Below are positions 35,058 to 45,457 of a DNA stretch of 64,000 nucleotides, piece after piece. The position numbers and the translations under genes are program-made. Within the stretch, counting starts at the first letter, position 1; every line of letters starts with the position of its first letter. Source of the DNA: an uncultured virus (IMG/VR IMGVR_UViG_3300042673_000573) (taxonomy: Duplodnaviria > Heunggongvirae > Uroviricota > Caudoviricetes); the IMG/VR virus record IMGVR_UViG_3300042673_000573, one strand, 5' to 3'. Under the pieces are notes generated by a model. It did no database searches. It was not told the DNA's origin and saw only the letters and a program-made list of their open reading frames with translations.

Positions 35058-35664
35058 GTTGTTCCCCATTTCTATTTTGTAATCCATTATAAATATCACT
35101 AATCTTTTTTCTATGATACTCTTTCGTATCAAGTCGTAAATCAAAGTATAGCATTTTTACATATTCTCCGTTGTTCCAAACACGCTTTGGTCTATAGTGG
35201 CTATAGTCTAATGGTCTTAAAAGTAGTGCAGAGTTGTCTTTGATTATGTGTAATTCATCATCTACACCAATAGCCCAGTCTACAGTAGACTCTAATTGGT
35301 AATCTAAGATTAAAGATGCTTTGCCACCATCATAGTGTGGGGACAAATCTGGCGTTCCAAATTTTGGATTGTACTCTCCATACGTAACTGTATTATTCAT
35401 CAATACATACTCATTTGTTGACTCTTCTTTATTTACAATAGAGTAAACCTTTTCAACAATATTATCTGGTAATTTAATTCCAGAGCAGGTAGATCTTCCA
35501 AGTTGTTCTTGAATTTTTACAATTGTGTCTACATAGGTATACTTGCCATGGATCTCATCTACCCACTCAACATGCTCTCTGCTCGATAGTTCTTCGTTGA
35601 TGGTAGCATAAAGTTGATCAATCTCTTCTTTAGAGAAAACATCATCGATAATAATAGAGTTCAT
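35050..35664 (-). CDS. 2OG-Fe(II) oxygenase-like (paralog group C)
   Basis: LSPHYD...SHYRP; TATAAT 6 nt upstream. Confidence 0.7.
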   Translation of the reverse strand: MNSIIIDDVFSKEEIDQLYATINEELSSREHVEWVDEIHGKYTYVDTIVKIQEQLGRSTCSGIKLPDNIVEKVYSIVNKEESTNEYVLMNNTVTYGEYNPKFGTPDLSPHYDGGKASLILDYQLESTVDWAIGVDDELHIIKDNSALLLRPLDYSHYRPKRVWNNGEYVKMLYFDLRLDTKEYHRKKISDIYNGLQNRNGEQHA

Positions 35665-35671
35665 AGTTCTA

Positions 35672-35956
35672 TTATACCTTATCCACTAATTGTTCTAGAA
35701 TAGACATTTCTATGACAGCAAGCCTCACCTTTGAGTTCCCCTCGCCAAGGGCAATAACAATGGCTGGATCATTGCCATTTCTAATAGCATCAGTAGTGGC
35801 CTTTGCCCAAATCTCTTTATTTAAAGTAAAGGACTTTCCAACTTCTTTAAAGTCAACTGTAAAGTTTTCCCAGGTGGCATCTCCTTTATGTGTGCCACGG
35901 CCAGAGTTCTTGTGCTGTTTAGCACCTATTCTCTTGGACTCACTCTTCTCTGTCAT
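35672..35956 (-). CDS. Holliday junction resolvase-like PD-(D/E)xK nuclease
   Basis: NSG..KGD...VDFKE. Confidence 0.7.
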   Translation of the reverse strand: MTEKSESKRIGAKQHKNSGRGTHKGDATWENFTVDFKEVGKSFTLNKEIWAKATTDAIRNGNDPAIVIALGEGNSKVRLAVIEMSILEQLVDKV

Positions 35957-36116
35957 TGCCCTTCCATTTCTGCTTACCAAATTTAACGGTACTTAGATGC
36001 TTATCTTTACACATCCAAGTCATCTCTTTAGTTTCTGCATAAAGCCTTAATGTTTTTACTTCTATCTTACAAGTATGGCAAACAAATTTACCTTCATAAA
36101 TTGTATAGTTAGGCAC
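35940..36116 (-). CDS. 58-aa Zn-binding hypothetical protein
   Basis: Translated by hand; CHTC...CKDKH; GTG start. Confidence 0.6.
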   Translation of the reverse strand: MPNYTIYEGKFVCHTCKIEVKTLRLYAETKEMTWMCKDKHLSTVKFGKQKWKGNDREE

Positions 36117-37119
36117 TTAGTTTAGCCTTGATTGATTCCTGCAAATCAAGATCCTCTCTTACACGATTAACAAATGCTTCTTTACCCTGAACCTTTGTGC
36201 CGTCAGGAAGTATATACCAAGCACCTGTGCGTTCTACAATGCCATTTAGTTCTGCGGTAGTAACCAAATCACCAATGGTATCAAGACCAATATCGTCACC
36301 TCTGAAATAAAAATCATACTCACCAGACTGGAACCCTGGAGAGGTTTTGGAGAACTGGAGTTCCCACTTAATAGTTCTACCAATCTTTTCTTCAATTAAT
36401 TTATCTCCTACCTTGATCTTTCCCTTAATCGCTTGATTGTCTGACTCTGAAGAAAAGAGTTTAACAATACATGAGGAATAAAACTTAGTAGCCTGACCAC
36501 CAGAAGGCTGCTGGCTAGTATACATAGCATTAATGTTATTACGAGACTGAGAAATGAGAACAAGCAAAGTTGGCTTAACCTTATTGTTTGCATAGTTAAG
36601 CATTTTCCATGCGTTACTAAAGTCACGGGATTCGGCTCCAATCTGTTTAGTGTTTTCTAATGCTTTCATTTCATCTGTATCTTTTTCAAAATAGATTGCA
36701 GGAAGCATTGATGTAATAGAGTCTACCACAATTAGGTCTACTCCAGCATTCATTAGTGCAACGCCAACATCTACCATGTCACTAATAGTTCTTGCTTGTG
36801 AGTAGATTAATTTTTCTGGATCTACCCCAAGAGTTCTAGCCCAGTCTTCTGAGTATGACATTTCTGAATCAATCCATGCACACAACTTTCCTTCGGCTTG
36901 GGCTAGAGCAATCATTTGAAGGCACATGGAGGACTTTGCAGAGGACTTGGATCCCCAGATAAGAACTTGTCTACCATAAGGAAGACCACCACCTAGTGCA
37001 CGGTTTAGGCCATAACTAGGTGTTGGTTGATACTCATAGTTAACCCCTACCCCAGTGCCCAACTTTTTTCTTAACTTTGGATCAAGTGATGCCATTGCTT
37101 CTTCTACTGTAACTGTCAT
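36109..37119 (-). CDS. recA: RecA/UvsX-like recombinase
   Basis: LGGGLPYGR, Walker A-like GSKSSAKS, WIDSE, IVVDS, GGQATKFYSS. Confidence 0.92.
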   Translation of the reverse strand: MTVTVEEAMASLDPKLRKKLGTGVGVNYEYQPTPSYGLNRALGGGLPYGRQVLIWGSKSSAKSSMCLQMIALAQAEGKLCAWIDSEMSYSEDWARTLGVDPEKLIYSQARTISDMVDVGVALMNAGVDLIVVDSITSMLPAIYFEKDTDEMKALENTKQIGAESRDFSNAWKMLNYANNKVKPTLLVLISQSRNNINAMYTSQQPSGGQATKFYSSCIVKLFSSESDNQAIKGKIKVGDKLIEEKIGRTIKWELQFSKTSPGFQSGEYDFYFRGDDIGLDTIGDLVTTAELNGIVERTGAWYILPDGTKVQGKEAFVNRVREDLDLQESIKAKLSA

Positions 37120-37436
37120 TAGAATCTTACTCCATGCTTCTCTGGTCTAGTCTTGTTAAACTTTGTCTTTTCATCAAAAGCATAATCAAGTGAAATCTTA
37201 GTATACCCTGCCTCAACCATTCCTGCATAAAGGTCAAGGGTACGAATAAGAATATCTGCAAATTCTTTAGCAATTTCTTCTTCGCCCTTATCTTTTCTAA
37301 CAGCCTCAAGCACCTCAACAACTTCTGAGACAATCATCATTAGTTGCTTAGACACAAATATATCATCAACATCCTGATCCCAGAAACCTTTTTCTATTGC
37401 TACTTCATGCAACTTAATTGCTAAATCATCAAACAT
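37119..37436 (-). CDS. MazG-like NTP pyrophosphohydrolase
   Basis: SEVVEVLEAVRK...EFADILIRTLD. Confidence 0.85.
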   Translation of the reverse strand: MFDDLAIKLHEVAIEKGFWDQDVDDIFVSKQLMMIVSEVVEVLEAVRKDKGEEEIAKEFADILIRTLDLYAGMVEAGYTKISLDYAFDEKTKFNKTRPEKHGVRF

Positions 37437-40400
37437 TTATATCCTCCAATGTAACTGTGCCGTCTTTTGTTTTTCCAAAACTGAACTTATAAGACTTTCC
37501 TTCTTCAATATGCATATAGGCTTTTGCAAATGATGTTGGAAATACTGTTATGGAATGCAACTCTCTTGATGTATCTGCCAAAGTTAGCGATGCCATCTTC
37601 TTTCCAGTCTTTGTAATCCTTGGTTTAAAAGATACAACAAACATTTCTTCATCAGTGTATGGTAGTTGCTTATAGCCTAAGAACTTAACAAGAGCGTTAG
37701 TTGACCCCTTTATCTCATCAGAAGGAACTGCAGAAACAATCCTATTGTCATTAACAAGAATGAGGTAAGTACGACCAGTCTCAATAGTGGTATTTTCATC
37801 ATCAAATATGCCGACACTGCCAGTTTTGTCCAAAACTTCAACTCGTGACCATCCTGTTCCTCGCTTAATTGATTTTACCATACCCATAAAAATGTATGAT
37901 CCTTTTTCTTCAAAGTCAACAATATCCTGAATGAATGCGTAGTAGTGAGAAGGAATAGTAATATTAAACTCTGGAAGGTTTAAATACTCATATAGGTTTT
38001 CTTTAATCTCTGTATCATTTCTTGGATTATCATTAAATGTTGCTGCGCCGATTGCATTTAAGGCTTGTAGTGCACGACTATTTACTCCGTTACCTTTGGT
38101 AAAGGTAAACTCTTCAAGTTCTTTGTACGAACCAAATGGTCGTGATTCAATATATCTTTGACCAATCTTGTCAGATATGAACTTGATAGCACTGAGTCCG
38201 AACCGAATGCCCTTACCCTCAATCTTAAAATCAATATCCGAATCGTTAATATGAGGTAGTTTGATGCTAATCCCCATTCTTTTTGCTTCAATAAGATATT
38301 CAGTTCTTGCATCTTTATCCTTTTCATTTTTTAATATTGAGTACATGAACTCTAGTGGGTAATGATACTTTAACCACGCCGTCCAATACGAGAGCGTAGA
38401 ATAAGCAACCGCATGAGACTTGTTGAACGAATATCCTGCGTGTGCTTCGAAGTCATGCCAAAGATCTTTAGCATCATTAGGCGAAATATAAGCAGATGCA
38501 CCAGATACGAACCTATCCTTAAAAATGTCAAACTCTTTAGCATCTTTTTTCTTTCCAATGATCTTTCTAACTTTATCTGCTTCCGACATGGACATTTGTC
38601 CAAGGTGTACGCATGCTTGCATAACTTGTTCTTGGTAAAGAATACAGCCATAAGTGTCCTCCGTAAATTCTTTTAGTATTTGATGGATATATGATATGTT
38701 TTTGCGACCATGCTTTCTGTCAACATATTCTTTTCCAATAGTATTCATTGCGCCTGGACGAACTAAGGCATTAGATGCAGCAAGTTCATCAAGATTTTTT
38801 ACACCCATTTTAATAAGAAGGTTGGTATATGGCGCTGCTTCACACTGAAACACACCCTTTGTAAAACCACTTGATAGCATTTCATAAACATTTGCATCGT
38901 CCATCTTAATCTTAAGAAGATCTATTTTCTTTCCATCTCGTTCTTTAATGATATCAATAGTGTCTTTTAATACAGATAATGTTTTTAATCCTAATGCATC
39001 AATCTTTATAAGCCCGATGCGTTCAGCCTCTTCCATGTCGACACCAACAACAGGTATACGTTCATCAGACCCAGTAGAAGATCTTGTTTCCAACGGAGCA
39101 AACCTAAAAATCGGATCTTTGCTAGTGACCACACCAGCAGCGTGTATGCCAGTACCACGAATACGACCACGTAATTGTTCACCATAGACCTCCACCTCTG
39201 GATATTTTTCTCTAAACTCTCTTGTTGATTTTGATGTGCAATAATCATCCCATGAATCAACTGTCTTTAAAACTTTGTTAACATCTGACAATGGTATATT
39301 TAATACTCTTGATACATCTCTAACAATTCCTTTTCCAGTAAACTGTAAGAATGTAGCAATTGATGCAACATGTCGATACTGTCTAACTAAATAATCTTTT
39401 ACTTCTTCACGACGAGTGTCTTGGATATCAGTGTCAATATCTGGAAAGTCATTGCGGTCTGGGTTGATAAATCGGAAGAAAAGAAGTTTGTGCTTTATCG
39501 GGTCAATGTCAGTAATCCTTAGAGCATAACAAACCAAAGAACCTGCAGCCGAACCACGACCTGGGCCTACCATGATCTCTTCCTTTTTAGCCCAGTTAAT
39601 CATGTTACTCACAACAAGGAAATATGGGGCAAACTTCTTGTCCTTAATAATCTGCAACTCTTCTTCAAGTCTGTCAAGGTACTCTTGATTTTCTGCCAAA
39701 CCTCTTTCGACCAAACCTTCCATAGCAATCTTTGCAAGTTCTTTGTCAGGACTCTTATACTGCACTGGTAGTAAATTTAGTCCTTCTTGTATATCATAGT
39801 CTTCTACTGTATCTGCTAATAGGATTGTGTTTGAGTATATGTCAGGTCTGTCTATCCCCTGCGATTCCATCGCTGCCTTCATCTCTTCATAAGATAAAAG
39901 ATGGATGTCAAACTTATTAAAAGTTATCTGACGGTCTTCGCCATAAAGATAGTCAAGTCTCTTCATCATGTCTGGCTGCTTCTTGGACTTATCATATGTT
40001 GTATCTTTTTGAATCTTTGCATGAGTATTCATAAGAAGTTTAAATTCTTGAATCTCTATCTGAGACTTATCTGCATGGTGACAGTCTGGAGTCACAATAG
40101 CCTTAATTCCAAACTCATCTGCTAAATCAAGAAGATGCTTATTAATATGAGGTTCGTTATGCGGCATTACCTCAATATAATAGTCTTGACCAAATCGTTC
40201 TTGGAACCAGGATATATATTTCTTTGCAAGTGCAAACTCTTCTTCTTCAAGTGCTTTAACCAAAACACTGCTTGGACAAGCAGAAGAAACAATAATACCT
40301 TCTTTATACTTATCTAATATTTCAAAATCAAATCGTGGCTTCTTAAAGAAACCATCTGTCCAAGATAGTTCACTAATCTTGTTTAAGTTTTCTAAACCAA

Positions 40401-40701
40401 TTTTATTCTTGGCTAGAAGGATAATGTGGTTGTAGACAAGATCTTGCTGACCTTCTCTTTCAGACTTATCTCTTGTATCAGATATGTCTGCACACATATA
40501 TCCTTCTAGACCGAGAATCGGCTTAATGCCCTTTGCTTTTGCAACTCGGTACAGTTCCCGATGCCCAGACAATGTTCCGTGATCAGTGATAGCCAATGCT
40601 GGCATACCAAGACCAACTGCTCGGTCTACTAATTCTTCTGGAGTAGCAATCCCATCAAACAAACTAAAATGGGTATGGACATGTAAGCCTACGTAGTTCA
40701 T
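37429..40701 (-). CDS. dnaE: DNA polymerase III alpha subunit
   Basis: PHP domain HVHTHFS/TDHG, GRGSAAGS, PDIDTD, HAAGVV, FNKSH. Confidence 0.97.
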   Translation of the reverse strand: MNYVGLHVHTHFSLFDGIATPEELVDRAVGLGMPALAITDHGTLSGHRELYRVAKAKGIKPILGLEGYMCADISDTRDKSEREGQQDLVYNHIILLAKNKIGLENLNKISELSWTDGFFKKPRFDFEILDKYKEGIIVSSACPSSVLVKALEEEEFALAKKYISWFQERFGQDYYIEVMPHNEPHINKHLLDLADEFGIKAIVTPDCHHADKSQIEIQEFKLLMNTHAKIQKDTTYDKSKKQPDMMKRLDYLYGEDRQITFNKFDIHLLSYEEMKAAMESQGIDRPDIYSNTILLADTVEDYDIQEGLNLLPVQYKSPDKELAKIAMEGLVERGLAENQEYLDRLEEELQIIKDKKFAPYFLVVSNMINWAKKEEIMVGPGRGSAAGSLVCYALRITDIDPIKHKLLFFRFINPDRNDFPDIDTDIQDTRREEVKDYLVRQYRHVASIATFLQFTGKGIVRDVSRVLNIPLSDVNKVLKTVDSWDDYCTSKSTREFREKYPEVEVYGEQLRGRIRGTGIHAAGVVTSKDPIFRFAPLETRSSTGSDERIPVVGVDMEEAERIGLIKIDALGLKTLSVLKDTIDIIKERDGKKIDLLKIKMDDANVYEMLSSGFTKGVFQCEAAPYTNLLIKMGVKNLDELAASNALVRPGAMNTIGKEYVDRKHGRKNISYIHQILKEFTEDTYGCILYQEQVMQACVHLGQMSMSEADKVRKIIGKKKDAKEFDIFKDRFVSGASAYISPNDAKDLWHDFEAHAGYSFNKSHAVAYSTLSYWTAWLKYHYPLEFMYSILKNEKDKDARTEYLIEAKRMGISIKLPHINDSDIDFKIEGKGIRFGLSAIKFISDKIGQRYIESRPFGSYKELEEFTFTKGNGVNSRALQALNAIGAATFNDNPRNDTEIKENLYEYLNLPEFNITIPSHYYAFIQDIVDFEEKGSYIFMGMVKSIKRGTGWSRVEVLDKTGSVGIFDDENTTIETGRTYLILVNDNRIVSAVPSDEIKGSTNALVKFLGYKQLPYTDEEMFVVSFKPRITKTGKKMASLTLADTSRELHSITVFPTSFAKAYMHIEEGKSYKFSFGKTKDGTVTLEDINV

Positions 40702-40702
40702 A

Positions 40703-41359
40703 TTACCAATCAGCGTTGGTTGATGAAGTTACAGATGGACTATCAAAGCCCAAATAGAAGGCTTCTTGTTCAGCATAAGGAATCTTCTTTAGTGCTGACT
40801 CAAGAGGATAAGGCTCAACTGTTCCCCAGTTAAATGGTTCCTTATCTGGTGCTGATGGAATCAATGTGTAATTTGTTTCAGTTCCCTGACCATTACGCTT
40901 TAACTTCCATAGTACATTTGAGATGCTTCCTGTTTCAAGAGCATACTCACGAATTGTATTAAATGATGACTGCTTGCTGATACCCATTGACCAGATTGCA
41001 ACATATGGTGCTTCGATACCGTCATCTACAAGAACGTTACAATAGAAACGAAGACGACCTCTCCAGCCAGCCTTTGGATCTTTACGGTGCATTTCTTCTG
41101 CCCAGTCACGTCCTTCTGTGTCCATAGTATCTACAGCCTTGCGCTTATAGTCCTTTGGATTAACGTGCTCCTTAACAACTAGTGCAAGTCCGCGCTTTTC
41201 ATTATAGTTTGCAGAGTCCTCATCAAGTTCTTCAATGAATCGGATCTTTACTGATTGGCCGTCGGCAAGTTTAAGCCACTTTACCTTTGGTCCTGACTCG
41301 TCATACTTTGGCTTGTCGAGCAGGGCATTGATTGCTTTTAGTCCCTTTACTACGCTCAT
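40703..41359 (-). CDS. single-stranded DNA-binding protein (gp32-like)
   Basis: Position between dnaE and primase; KRNGQGTETNY; acidic/Trp C-terminus. Confidence 0.65.
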   Translation of the reverse strand: MSVVKGLKAINALLDKPKYDESGPKVKWLKLADGQSVKIRFIEELDEDSANYNEKRGLALVVKEHVNPKDYKRKAVDTMDTEGRDWAEEMHRKDPKAGWRGRLRFYCNVLVDDGIEAPYVAIWSMGISKQSSFNTIREYALETGSISNVLWKLKRNGQGTETNYTLIPSAPDKEPFNWGTVEPYPLESALKKIPYAEQEAFYLGFDSPSVTSSTNADW

Positions 41360-41384
41360 ATTATTTCTCCTTTGTGTTGTTGTA

Positions 41385-42329
41385 TTAGTTTAGCATAAGT
41401 GATATGGAGTTGTCAAATCGAAACTCTAAGTTTTTTATTGATTCATCATCCATATCACCTATGTCTTTATATTTGCTATTAAGTTGTATAACGGAAACAC
41501 GAGATCCAAGTTTTTCAATTATCCTGTCTTTCATATTTCCTCCTGCTTCATCGTTATCAGCAACAACAATAATGTTATTGAAATACTTCTGAAGCAATTC
41601 TATTTGTGAGTTTGATACGTTAGCGCCAAGGGTAGCAACGGCTGGTAGACCAACTTGGTCAAGCCTCATAACATCAAAAGATGATTCTACCACATAGACT
41701 CTATCTGCTGTCTTGACTCTGTGTAAATTAAATAATGTTTTTGATTTTGGAAGTCCTGGAGTATTTTTAAATTCTTTGCCTTCGATTGATCTGCCAACAA
41801 AACCTAAAGCAATTCCATCTGGGCTATGTACTGGAACAGTTACCATATCTTGTTTTTCTGAATAGCCTAAAGAAAATTTTAATGCTGACTCTTTAGTAAT
41901 TTTCCTATAGTTAAAATAATCTTTTGCTCTATCTGATGCTGCAAGGTTATTGTAAAGTCTTTTTAAAACTAGTTCGTCAAACTGTTTAAACTCTTCTTTT
42001 TTAATTAGTGTCTTGTCTATTTCAGAGATAATACTTCCTATTTTTTCTTTGCTCTTTATAAAACGAGCAGCCTCAAAATATGTTCTTCCAGATGTATGCA
42101 TTACAAGTTCAATTAAGTCTGCAGATTTTTGACAAGAAAAACAGAAAAACATTCCGCTATCTTTTTGAACTTCTCCTGCTGGTGTTCTATGGTTATTATG
42201 AAATGGACAGAATATTATAAAGTCTGCATCAAGTTCAGACTCAACGTCTACACCCGATCCTGCGAGAACTCTTCTAACTTGCTCTTGACTGTATAAATCG
42301 CCTTTGACCCGTCTATTCCTTCTATCCAT
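41385..42329 (-). CDS. dnaG: DNA primase (CHC2 zinc finger plus TOPRIM)
   Basis: CPFH...CFSC; VVES.FD, ADNDEAG, KDIGD. Confidence 0.9.
   Translation of the reverse strand: MDRRNRRVKGDLYSQEQVRRVLAGSGVDVESELDADFIIFCPFHNNHRTPAGEVQKDSGMFFCFSCQKSADLIELVMHTSGRTYFEAARFIKSKEKIGSIISEIDKTLIKKEEFKQFDELVLKRLYNNLAASDRAKDYFNYRKITKESALKFSLGYSEKQDMVTVPVHSPDGIALGFVGRSIEGKEFKNTPGLPKSKTLFNLHRVKTADRVYVVESSFDVMRLDQVGLPAVATLGANVSNSQIELLQKYFNNIIVVADNDEAGGNMKDRIIEKLGSRVSVIQLNSKYKDIGDMDDESIKNLEFRFDNSISLMLN
41387..41416 (-). promoter_or_regulatory. sigma70 promoter in the primase 3' end, upstream of ssb
   Basis: TTGACA-N18-TAAACT with extended TG. Confidence 0.7.
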
Positions 42330-42574
42330 TCGCTTTGTCTTCTTCCCGTGTATACTCCGTGTATTGATATCTCAAATTCAAAATACTTCTTGTTCTCATT
42401 ATAGTCTATCGTAAAATCTATGTCTATGTCAAGCCTTGGCACATATCCGCTAAGTCTCATTTCCAAGATTATTAGTCTTTTATACTCAGCCCTAAGTCTA
42501 CCTATGGCAGATTCATCATGGATGATTCCGCTAAGGTTGAACCTTTTAATCGCCTTGTGGTGATAGTTTGACAT
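42248..42574 (-). CDS. hypothetical phage protein
   Basis: 108-aa ORF in the replication operon. Confidence 0.7.
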   Translation of the reverse strand: MSNYHHKAIKRFNLSGIIHDESAIGRLRAEYKRLIILEMRLSGYVPRLDIDIDFTIDYNENKKYFEFEISIHGVYTGRRQSEWIEGIDGSKAIYTVKSKLEEFSQDRV

Positions 42575-42586
42575 ATCATATTATAA

Positions 42587-43807
42587 CTACTTATCTTCAA
42601 AATCTTTATATCTATAGTATCCCTTGTCAAAATCGCACTGAACAAGGAAGTCTCCCATAAATCCATTACGGTTCTTTCTAAAAGCGCATTCAATAATATC
42701 ACTATTATTACCACGGCCTAGAGCAAGCACCCAGTCAGCATCGTAGGCAATCTGTCTAGACCAAGCAGTCTGACCCAGTGTAGGTACCGTAGAAAGATCG
42801 TTAACGTCATCTGGTGTAGCAGACGAGATAGCAATAATAGGAACTTCTTCGCCAATAGCCATTAGTTTAAGTTCTCTTGAAAGGTTCTTCATTCGTACCG
42901 TTTCATTATCTGACTTCTGATTAGGAGCCATCAATTGTAAATAGTCGACAATTACAAAGTCTGGCTTGTACTGATCAATCTTTCCACGAAGGACTGAAGG
43001 GTTGATTTCTCCACCTTGATCATTTGAGATAATATGAAACTCTGGCTTACCTTGTAGATTCTTTGCATGCCATTCTTTCAGCATATCCATTTCAATCTCG
43101 CCATTACTCAACTTTCTATGAGACCAACGCCCTTCTCCCATGATAGTAAATACACGGTTACGGACTTCTGTCTCTGACATCTCAAGAGAGATTACAAGGG
43201 GTGTCTTACCCTGTTTCCAGGCCTGTACAGCGAAGTACAGGGCTAACCAAGACTTTCCTATACCTGGGTATGCTAAGAAGACTCCTAACTGACCTGGCAT
43301 AATTCCAGACGGTAGGTAGTTGTCAAATCCTGGTAGACCAGTCTTGATACCAATGTGACCTAGTTCTTGCTGCTTTTTAACATTTTCAAAGTAGGCAATA
43401 GCAGACTCCAAGTCCGTAACATCAATATCACGAATAGCAGAAGTATTTTTCTTTAACTCCGATGTCTGTGTAATTAAATCATTAAGAGCAATTGTTCCTT
43501 GACCATTTTGAACATTTCCTGCTGCTGATCTTAAAATATCTTTTAGGCTATCTGTTAAGTATTCTCCTTGCAACTCTTCAAGGTGGTGTTTAGTTGCTCC
43601 AATATTTGCTACAGGAGAGAAGTCTCTAAACTTTTCTGTAACAAGTTCTGCTGGTGGAAGGGTTGAGTTGTTCTCAAAATAGAGTCGTATAAAATTCCAA
43701 ATGTCTCCGTGAGTTCTCAGAAGGTTATCTACGTTTGCTTGTAGCAGTACATGGATTTGTTTATCCTGAAGAACTGCTGTTATAAGTTTAGCCTCTGTAT
43801 TATTCAC
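42587..43807 (-). CDS. dnaB: DnaB-like replicative helicase
   Basis: AYPGIGKS, SLEM, IVDYLQL, KNRNG. Confidence 0.93.
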   Translation of the reverse strand: MNNTEAKLITAVLQDKQIHVLLQANVDNLLRTHGDIWNFIRLYFENNSTLPPAELVTEKFRDFSPVANIGATKHHLEELQGEYLTDSLKDILRSAAGNVQNGQGTIALNDLITQTSELKKNTSAIRDIDVTDLESAIAYFENVKKQQELGHIGIKTGLPGFDNYLPSGIMPGQLGVFLAYPGIGKSWLALYFAVQAWKQGKTPLVISLEMSETEVRNRVFTIMGEGRWSHRKLSNGEIEMDMLKEWHAKNLQGKPEFHIISNDQGGEINPSVLRGKIDQYKPDFVIVDYLQLMAPNQKSDNETVRMKNLSRELKLMAIGEEVPIIAISSATPDDVNDLSTVPTLGQTAWSRQIAYDADWVLALGRGNNSDIIECAFRKNRNGFMGDFLVQCDFDKGYYRYKDFEDK

Positions 43808-44108
43808 TTAGCCACTCCTTTGCCATCCGTCTACGCTCTTCTCTTTCTTCATCGTCTCTTTTTTTATCTTTTTGTGCCTGTAATATTTTCTCTGCATTGT
43901 ACGCAAAGTAATTCCAAGATGGGTGCTCTGCAACTTTAAAATAGTACTCAAGTATATCGTAGCATCCAGAGATACCGTATGATTCTACAAGAGCGTCTGA
44001 AGCCCATTGCTCTACATTTAAATTAAGTGATGGCTTTTGCTCATACCTTGCAGTATGGAACTTGCTGTAGCGTGAAAGCAAAGCCATTCGGTCTTTGCGT
44101 TCGGCCAT
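43800..44108 (-). CDS. hypothetical protein (possible helicase partner)
   Basis: Coupled to dnaB. Confidence 0.65.
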   Translation of the reverse strand: MAERKDRMALLSRYSKFHTARYEQKPSLNLNVEQWASDALVESYGISGCYDILEYYFKVAEHPSWNYFAYNAEKILQAQKDKKRDDEEREERRRMAKEWLSE

Positions 44109-44314
44109 TACTTTTCGTCTGCCTCCGCTTGGGCTTCAACAATCTTTGCAGTTAGTTTGTCTTCAACAAACTTATAAACTCTTTCAAAAGCCTGATCTGT
44201 ATTTTCTCCATCACGCTTGCTATCAATGATTCCAAGATCCAGCCTCAAAGACTGAAAATTTCCAAGATTTAATGTATACCCCAGCGTTACTGATACTTTC
44301 GTTTCTTCTGCCAT
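44108..44314 (-). CDS. hypothetical protein
   Basis: TLNLGNFQSLRLD; SD GGAGG before ATG 44314. Confidence 0.7.
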   Translation of the reverse strand: MAEETKVSVTLGYTLNLGNFQSLRLDLGIIDSKRDGENTDQAFERVYKFVEDKLTAKIVEAQAEADEK

Positions 44315-44330
44315 TACCCCTCCAAGGGAC

Positions 44331-44876
44331 TTAGTTAATAGATTCATTCCAAATCGGAATGTATCGTCCATCTTCTGTTCTCGTATATGTAAGTATACCA
44401 TCGCCCATTCTGCGTGTCAACTCTTGTTTTGTTGGCGTGATATCGTTTGTTATTAAATTATCTTTTCTTGGTCTTCCAATATGGTGAGTTGCAAGTATAT
44501 CACGTATCTCTCTTACTTGCGATTCTGAGTAGTATGATCGTACTTGCCATCCTCTATCCCCGCCTTTTTGAGATCCCGTTGGAAATGGAATGACTCCCCG
44601 TTTCATTAGTGATGGCATATATTTTTTATGACGATTAACTAAATCAGCAGTCTGGCCTACTGTATATGCTCTTTCTCTTTTATTTTTAAAATCATTAATT
44701 AAACAACTTTCAATCTGATCTTTTGTAATATTATAAACAGACATTATTCCGTTAGATTGATTATAATGATGTACACGAACAAGGCATCCGTTTAAAAACC
44801 ATACCTTCTTACTTCCAGGTATTACAGGGAGGAGATTGTACCCTTCGCTCTGAGTTGTTCCTTTTTTAGTAGCCAT
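44331..44876 (-). CDS. MerR-like winged-HTH DNA-binding protein
   Basis: YTVGQTADLVNR...G.IP...RSYYSE. Confidence 0.65.
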   Translation of the reverse strand: MATKKGTTQSEGYNLLPVIPGSKKVWFLNGCLVRVHHYNQSNGIMSVYNITKDQIESCLINDFKNKRERAYTVGQTADLVNRHKKYMPSLMKRGVIPFPTGSQKGGDRGWQVRSYYSESQVREIRDILATHHIGRPRKDNLITNDITPTKQELTRRMGDGILTYTRTEDGRYIPIWNESIN

Positions 44877-45013
44877 CTTCCCTCTTCCGAATTGTTAGGT
44901 GGATTAAAAAATTTTCTATTACCACACAAAACACAATAGACTTCAAGATGATTGATTGCACTATATATCCTGTCTATAAACATTCTGCCAGAGCACTTGT
45001 TGCATTTGATCAT
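44822..45013 (-). CDS. small zinc-ribbon protein
   Basis: CNKC...CVLCG. Confidence 0.65.
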   Translation of the reverse strand: MIKCNKCSGRMFIDRIYSAINHLEVYCVLCGNRKFFNPPNNSEEGRWLLKKEQLRAKGTISSL

Positions 45014-45450
45014 TATGAAGGTATGCCAACTGCTATTATATTAATCCCAACCGATACTTCTCCTGCCGAGTTAAACTTTACAATACCCTCTACGCCTGTA
45101 GTAGTTATTGCTTTAATTACAACCGTAACATTTTTGCCAGCGGTTGTATCTTTAATTGTTACTGGTGTCGCAGTTACAATTGGTGCATAAGCAAAACCAA
45201 CTCCAAATGGATATGTCCATGACTTTTCTTCGCCTGCAATGATTGAAGTAGAACTAACGATTTCTTTATACCCTCCAACAATACGGGCTTCTGAGGTTTT
45301 TCTACTTTGAGGCCCCGCTGTTGTTGTATCTACAGTGACATATTTGTTTGCTGATGTTGAGGCACTTTTTTGCAACTGAATAATTGCCTGAGCCATATCA
45401 TAAATATATGCAACGTCTAATGGCTGTCCTTTATCTGGAACTGATATCAT
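45013..45450 (-). CDS. minor tail / fibre-associated protein
   Basis: F...PIVTATP beta-rich C-terminus; end of the tail module. Confidence 0.5.
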   Translation of the reverse strand: MISVPDKGQPLDVAYIYDMAQAIIQLQKSASTSANKYVTVDTTTAGPQSRKTSEARIVGGYKEIVSSTSIIAGEEKSWTYPFGVGFAYAPIVTATPVTIKDTTAGKNVTVVIKAITTTGVEGIVKFNSAGEVSVGINIIAVGIPS

Positions 45451-45457
45451 AATATAA

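Noticed and set aside
28707..43807. Inteins or introns in terL, recA, dnaE and dnaB
   Set aside because: Lengths are normal, motifs are contiguous and no intein-like insertions are visible.
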